DNA of 64,000 nt from the human T2T-CHM13v2.0 reference genome, Homo sapiens. Below, one piece after another: positions 59,250 to 64,000 of this stretch. Below the pieces are notes generated by a model that was not told the DNA's origin, did no database searches, and worked only from the letters and a program-made list of their open reading frames with translations. The position numbers were made by a program, and so were the translations under genes. The stretch lies in the NCBI RefSeq assembly GCF_009914755.1, contig NC_060929.1; one strand, written 5' to 3'. Position 1 is the first letter of the stretch; each line of letters opens with the position of its first letter.

Positions 59250-59622
59250 ACATGTATTGTGTTACCCATTCCCAGATGATAACATTACTCATCTTGTTTT
59301 GGGAAGCTGCTTCTCTTCCACTCCAACCCAGCGGTTTTAATAAGGCCTGTGTTCCCTCACACCCAGTAACTACATGAGCCAAGCCAGATCCCTTAAAGTC
59401 CTGTGATTTCTAAAAAAAAAAAAAAAAAAAATAGCTAAAGAAAGCTTCTTATTTTTTTGGCAACAAATGTGTACGTAGCTGATGGTCCTGGTTCTAGACA
59501 CAAGGAGGAATCTTTCTGAGAGTGGCTTCAACTAAGAAGAAAGCAAACAGAGACAGTAAACTGCCCTTTTTGTCCAAGCTTGGGTTTGTGTTGGGTTTAT
59601 TTACTTGCAACCAAATTAATAC
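59250..59622 (+). mobile_element. MLT1-type LTR relic with internal A21
   Basis: Ends gggtttatttacttgcaacca..taataca. Confidence 0.45.
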
Positions 59623-60639
59623 AAACTACTACTAAGAAAATGCCTTAAATCATAAATACAACTTTTTTCAAGGCATGAGCTGAATGTTTTGTATACTGTT
59701 ATCATTATTTCCACCCAATGCAGCATCAAGCACATAGTAATTGCTTTTAAAAATTCTTGTCAGTGTTCACTAAAGAGAATAACTCTAACTATTTGAGGCC
59801 ACAAGATAGATTGCTGCAGCCTTGGAGAGAGAGAAGGTATTTTGATCAGGAGGAAAAGAGTGTGTCCCTCAATTCATTCTGCACAAGCAAATCTTTAGGC
59901 ACAGTCCTGGCCCTAGTTGTGTATGGTCAGACCTTACCAAATACAACCTACAGTTTCAAATCATAGTCTTGTAAATAAAAAAAGACTCCTTTTAATAGAA
60001 AAGCTCCTCTTAGGTTATTAACTTGATATAAACTTTTTTTCTCTTTGGCTAAAACTGGTTGATGTCAGGATGTCTATATTGAAAAGAGATATTTAAATTT
60101 TATTTAAAAACTTGGGATACATGGTAAATAAACATGGCTGCTGTATGATTTCTCTAACTGGGAATACACAGTATGATGAGCTAATGACTGGGAAATAGCC
60201 TCACAAGATCAAATCCTGAAGAGGTCCGTGACCACTGACTAAAACATGTTTACAGAGGCCATTTATGAAGAAGATTATCTCCAGATCAACATCCTCAGCA
60301 TCTGACCTTTATTCTTACTCCCATTAAAGGCCTGTCTCCAGCACTTGGCTTCTTGCCTCATCACCAAATGCATACTGATTTTCCAAAAGATAAATACGTA
60401 TAGCCTAAGAAACACATGTGCTTTGCAGAATGCAGAAAGCTAATGGCTAGACATTACTAGTGTTTTAATTTGCTGAGAGCTTCAGAAACTACTTTAACAG
60501 ACATCGTCCCAACCTCATATTATTTAAGAACCAACAGGAGACAAAACAGTGTCACTAATGGAAAATAGAAGTACAAAAGTGTAGTGATGGAAAAAAAAGA
60601 GGTGAGAGATTGTGTTGATAAGTGAGAAAACACACTGCA

Positions 60640-60830
60640 CAATAATAGCAGCTATTGAGCGATTATTGCATGGCAAATACTGTGTCTCAAAAACTTCACA
60701 ATATATGTAGAATTGCCCTCCTTGAAGGGAGGAGAGAACTGCAGGTTAAGGTTAAATGATTAGTCAGAGCACCATATAATTAGGAAGTGGCAGAGCTGGG
60801 ATTCAATCCAGGTGTGTGCCCAACTTTTAA
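60640..60830 (-). mobile_element. MIR fragment
   Basis: aataatagcagctattgagc..ggttaaatga..gtggcagagctgggattcaatccagg. Confidence 0.65.
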
Positions 60831-61454
60831 TCAATTGTTTAATTGCTCTTATTCCCTGACTCTGCAGCAGACTGCTAGCACCTTCTATTCCTTGCCTCTT
60901 AGTGCCAATTTTCCATTTCAGATCCTTCTAATTCACAGCCTAGGTACTTTTCTACTTATAACGCTCCTTTTGAATCCCAAATGTTTCCTAAATGAGCATA
61001 CGTGTCTTCTACTCTGTCTACATTCCTCATCAAAACAGAAAGGAAATGGGTTAAAGAATTTTAGGTATTGGTTTAATCTTTGCTGTTACCTCCTCATCTA
61101 ACCGTATACATCCACAAACATATACAAACACACGGACACATCCATCGGACCTCAATTGACAGGATACATTTTTGGCAAGTGAGACACACAGCTGGAATAG
61201 TAGTAGCAGTAGTTACAGCTCTCTGTCGGAGCACGATAAATGATGGGGACCTCAGACAAAGGGTCTTTCAAGGTCAGGTGTGGCTCCAGTAGAACGTAAA
61301 GGACTACTTTGCCATTATACTGGTTGTGCTCCTTGACAAATATCTCTCTAAAATGTCCATCATTCCAACGTCTAAGAAGTACAACTAGAGGTGCTTAATC
61401 AATAGGTGAGGAGGGAATGAAAGAATCTGAGATGCATTTGACCTTTTCTTAAGC

Positions 61455-61912
61455 CTGTGCTTCAAATGGAGTCCCAACAAGAAAAAGATGGTTCACTCCA
61501 AGAGGTTAACTGATGGAGGAGACCTTATTACCTGACACAGAGGTACCCAGGGACTTTCAAAAGCAAGAAACTTCCATTCCTAGGCCTGAGATCAAAAGGA
61601 GAAATGATCTTACAGGAGCATAAGGAGAGTTGAAGCCAGGAAGGGACCCACATGACAGAACCTGCCATGGTGGAAGAATGTAGAGGAATGCAGCTTTAAT
61701 AGCAGAAGGGCAGAGAGTGAGCAGGAAAATACACATAAGATTAACCTCTTACCTGCATTTCCCATTGTTCAAACCTGAGCAGAAGCCAGGGAGTAAGAGA
61801 GTCCAAGTGATATGATCCATCGAGGTCAGACTTTCAGAGCATAGAGCAAAGACAGAGACTGGATCTAAGGAAGGCCACATTGGAAAGGCAGGGGCAAATA
61901 CAGAGTGACTAT
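61455..61912 (-). mobile_element. ERVL LTR33-like relic
   Basis: cccattgttcaaacc..cagaagccaggg..gatccatcgaggtcag..cagagcatagagca..ggatct..ggggcaaa. Confidence 0.5.
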
Positions 61913-64000
61913 GCTTTTGGTGGGGAAATGAGTCCTTATTTTATTATCTAATGTATAAGAAGAATAACAAAAATATTCTTCATGAAATAATAACATGTCA
62001 GATTTCATCTTCTAAGGTTGGCAACTCTTAAGTTTTTTTCTGCTATCCCCAGATAACTCTCTCAAAGAAACTGCATATTTAAAGATAGGCCAGGGACAGC
62101 CTAGGGCTGATGGTGAAGGACACAATTTTCACCACTTTTCTCACTCTGTCTTCTGTAAAAGGGAGTTGTCTGACTAAGGAAAACAAGGAAAATTAGAGAA
62201 CAGTGTGGACAGAGATTTGCAGGAAGAAGGAAGTTTCTCATCAGAATGTTTCAGGGTTTGTAAGAAAAATCAGCAGTTGAAAACATGACATGAATCCAGT
62301 GGCACTAAAAGTCTTTACTATTGACCTGCTACATACCTGACATCCCTCACAGCTATGCCTTCCTTCAGGTCCTTTATATACACATGCTTTTTAAACCAAG
62401 TTTTTAACCACAAATCAATAAGATTAAAAATAAGTCATCAGACATTTAATGAAGTCATGATTAGTTATCAACATGATTACTAATATGCACTGGCTCAGCA
62501 GAAAAACATTTATTCAGAGTGAGATTTTGAACAAATTGGTTTTGATAAGATAGGAGGCTCAGATGAGTATTCCCAAGAGAAGATATCTGGAATAAATACC
62601 ATGCAGAAAAATGAAAAATTGAAGTAGGCCTTTCACTCATATGGTAATTTTTATCATCTTGTTTTTCTCAGACAGTATTTCTCAAATCAAGTCACAAGAG
62701 TTTCTCCGACCAGTAACAACATGTAAAAATATCTTCTGCTGACGTGAAGTCATTTTTTAAAGGCTAGTACAGTCATCTACTTAAATCTGTCTGCCTGAAC
62801 CACTGCCAATGATACTCCTTTATCCATGGTGATAAAACCAATTAACAGTGCTTTAGGGGAAATTCTCTCCAAATTTAACTAAGGCACAGAGTTAGGGGAG
62901 TTGCTATCCCAGTGCCAAATTGGGACTGAGAGCAGAGGCAGCTCTGAAGCCTCAGAACTACATCCAGACAATGCATGGCTGTGGGAGCATCTGAAGGTGT
63001 ACCCCAGGGCATATCTTCCCTACTTCCTGTCCTCAAACAGACCTGCCAAGACACTGCACCCCAGGCCCCACACACCTTCCCTGCCCCATTATCTCACCTG
63101 AGCCCTTGCCAAGAACAACATATTGTCTTTTTCATCCCATCGGAAAATTCTTGTTTATCAAATCTGAAAAATTTTGTCTTTGGAAGGTACATACCTTCTG
63201 TCCTACATAAAGACTATATACTGATAATAGTTTCTGATGGATAGAACAGGACAATCCCAAAATTCCTATAGCAAGCAGGAAGTGTGATGGCAAGAACAGA
63301 GAATAGGCCCAGGACAGGTAGTTCAGAGGAGGACTACAGCAGTTATCCTATTTCACCATATTCTTGGGATGCTTCCCTGAGAAGCAGGTATGGAGAATGG
63401 GAAGAGGCTGCCAGACTTCCCCTGAGGCAGACTTTTATCTACGAGCTGACCTCCCATGGTGGTGATGAGAAGGGCCAGAACACAGATGAGCTGCCTCCCA
63501 TCCATGCTCTCTGCCCAACACAAGGAGCCTCAACCCACACTGATCACAACACTTCAGATGTGTCTGATTGGCAGCTAGGAAGGCCCAGTTACTTCTCTAT
63601 TTCAAGTTACTCTGCCTCTGTTCATGCAGCTTAAGCTTTCATTACCTTTTTGGTAAATTGCAAATTCATAGTGCTTTCCCTTCCAGCCAATCAAATCTTC
63701 AACATGTAAATGTTTTTACTGGGTCAATTGACACATTGATAAATTGAAGTTCGTAACTGTTCCATGGTTAAGAAAACATTGTTAAACATCTCTGAAGTTT
63801 GGAGAAATTTAGTTTGTATGATAATAAAAATAAAATGCTCAAACTCTTGGATGTTTCTGATTTTTAAAATATTACTTCTGATACATACTTCTAATTGACA
63901 CTAAATATTCATTCTATGATTCCTTAGTAATCAAAATATAGGTCTCAGTTGAACACTTAATAGAAGATTCTATTTCTCATCTTCCCTTGCAGCTAGATTT

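Overview
This is AT-rich, repeat-dense primate (most likely human) genomic DNA. I see no intact protein-coding gene, RNA gene or prokaryotic system. Main contents: (1) an ancient, easily missed DDX4/Vasa processed pseudogene (+, ~1111-5782) that has lost most of its C-terminal helicase domain and is split by a 5'-inverted L1PA4/5 carrying a short 3' transduction; (2) a near-full-length Tigger2 interrupted by an MST LTR; (3) a nested LINE stack, in which a full-length L1PA13-like element (-) holds an AluS, an L1PA7 3' end and a full-length L1PA3/4 (+) with an open ORF0; (4) a full-length BCLAF1 processed pseudogene (-, 42893-47649) inserted antisense into a MER50 solo LTR between its TATA-like box and its poly(A) signal; (5) further solo LTRs (MER77-like, MER52, THE1), Alus, MIR/L2/L1M relics and small templated duplications. 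Most ORFs in the track are L1, Alu or LTR by-products. Repeat subfamily names and protein matches come from my recall of consensus and reference sequences and need RepeatMasker/BLAST confirmation.
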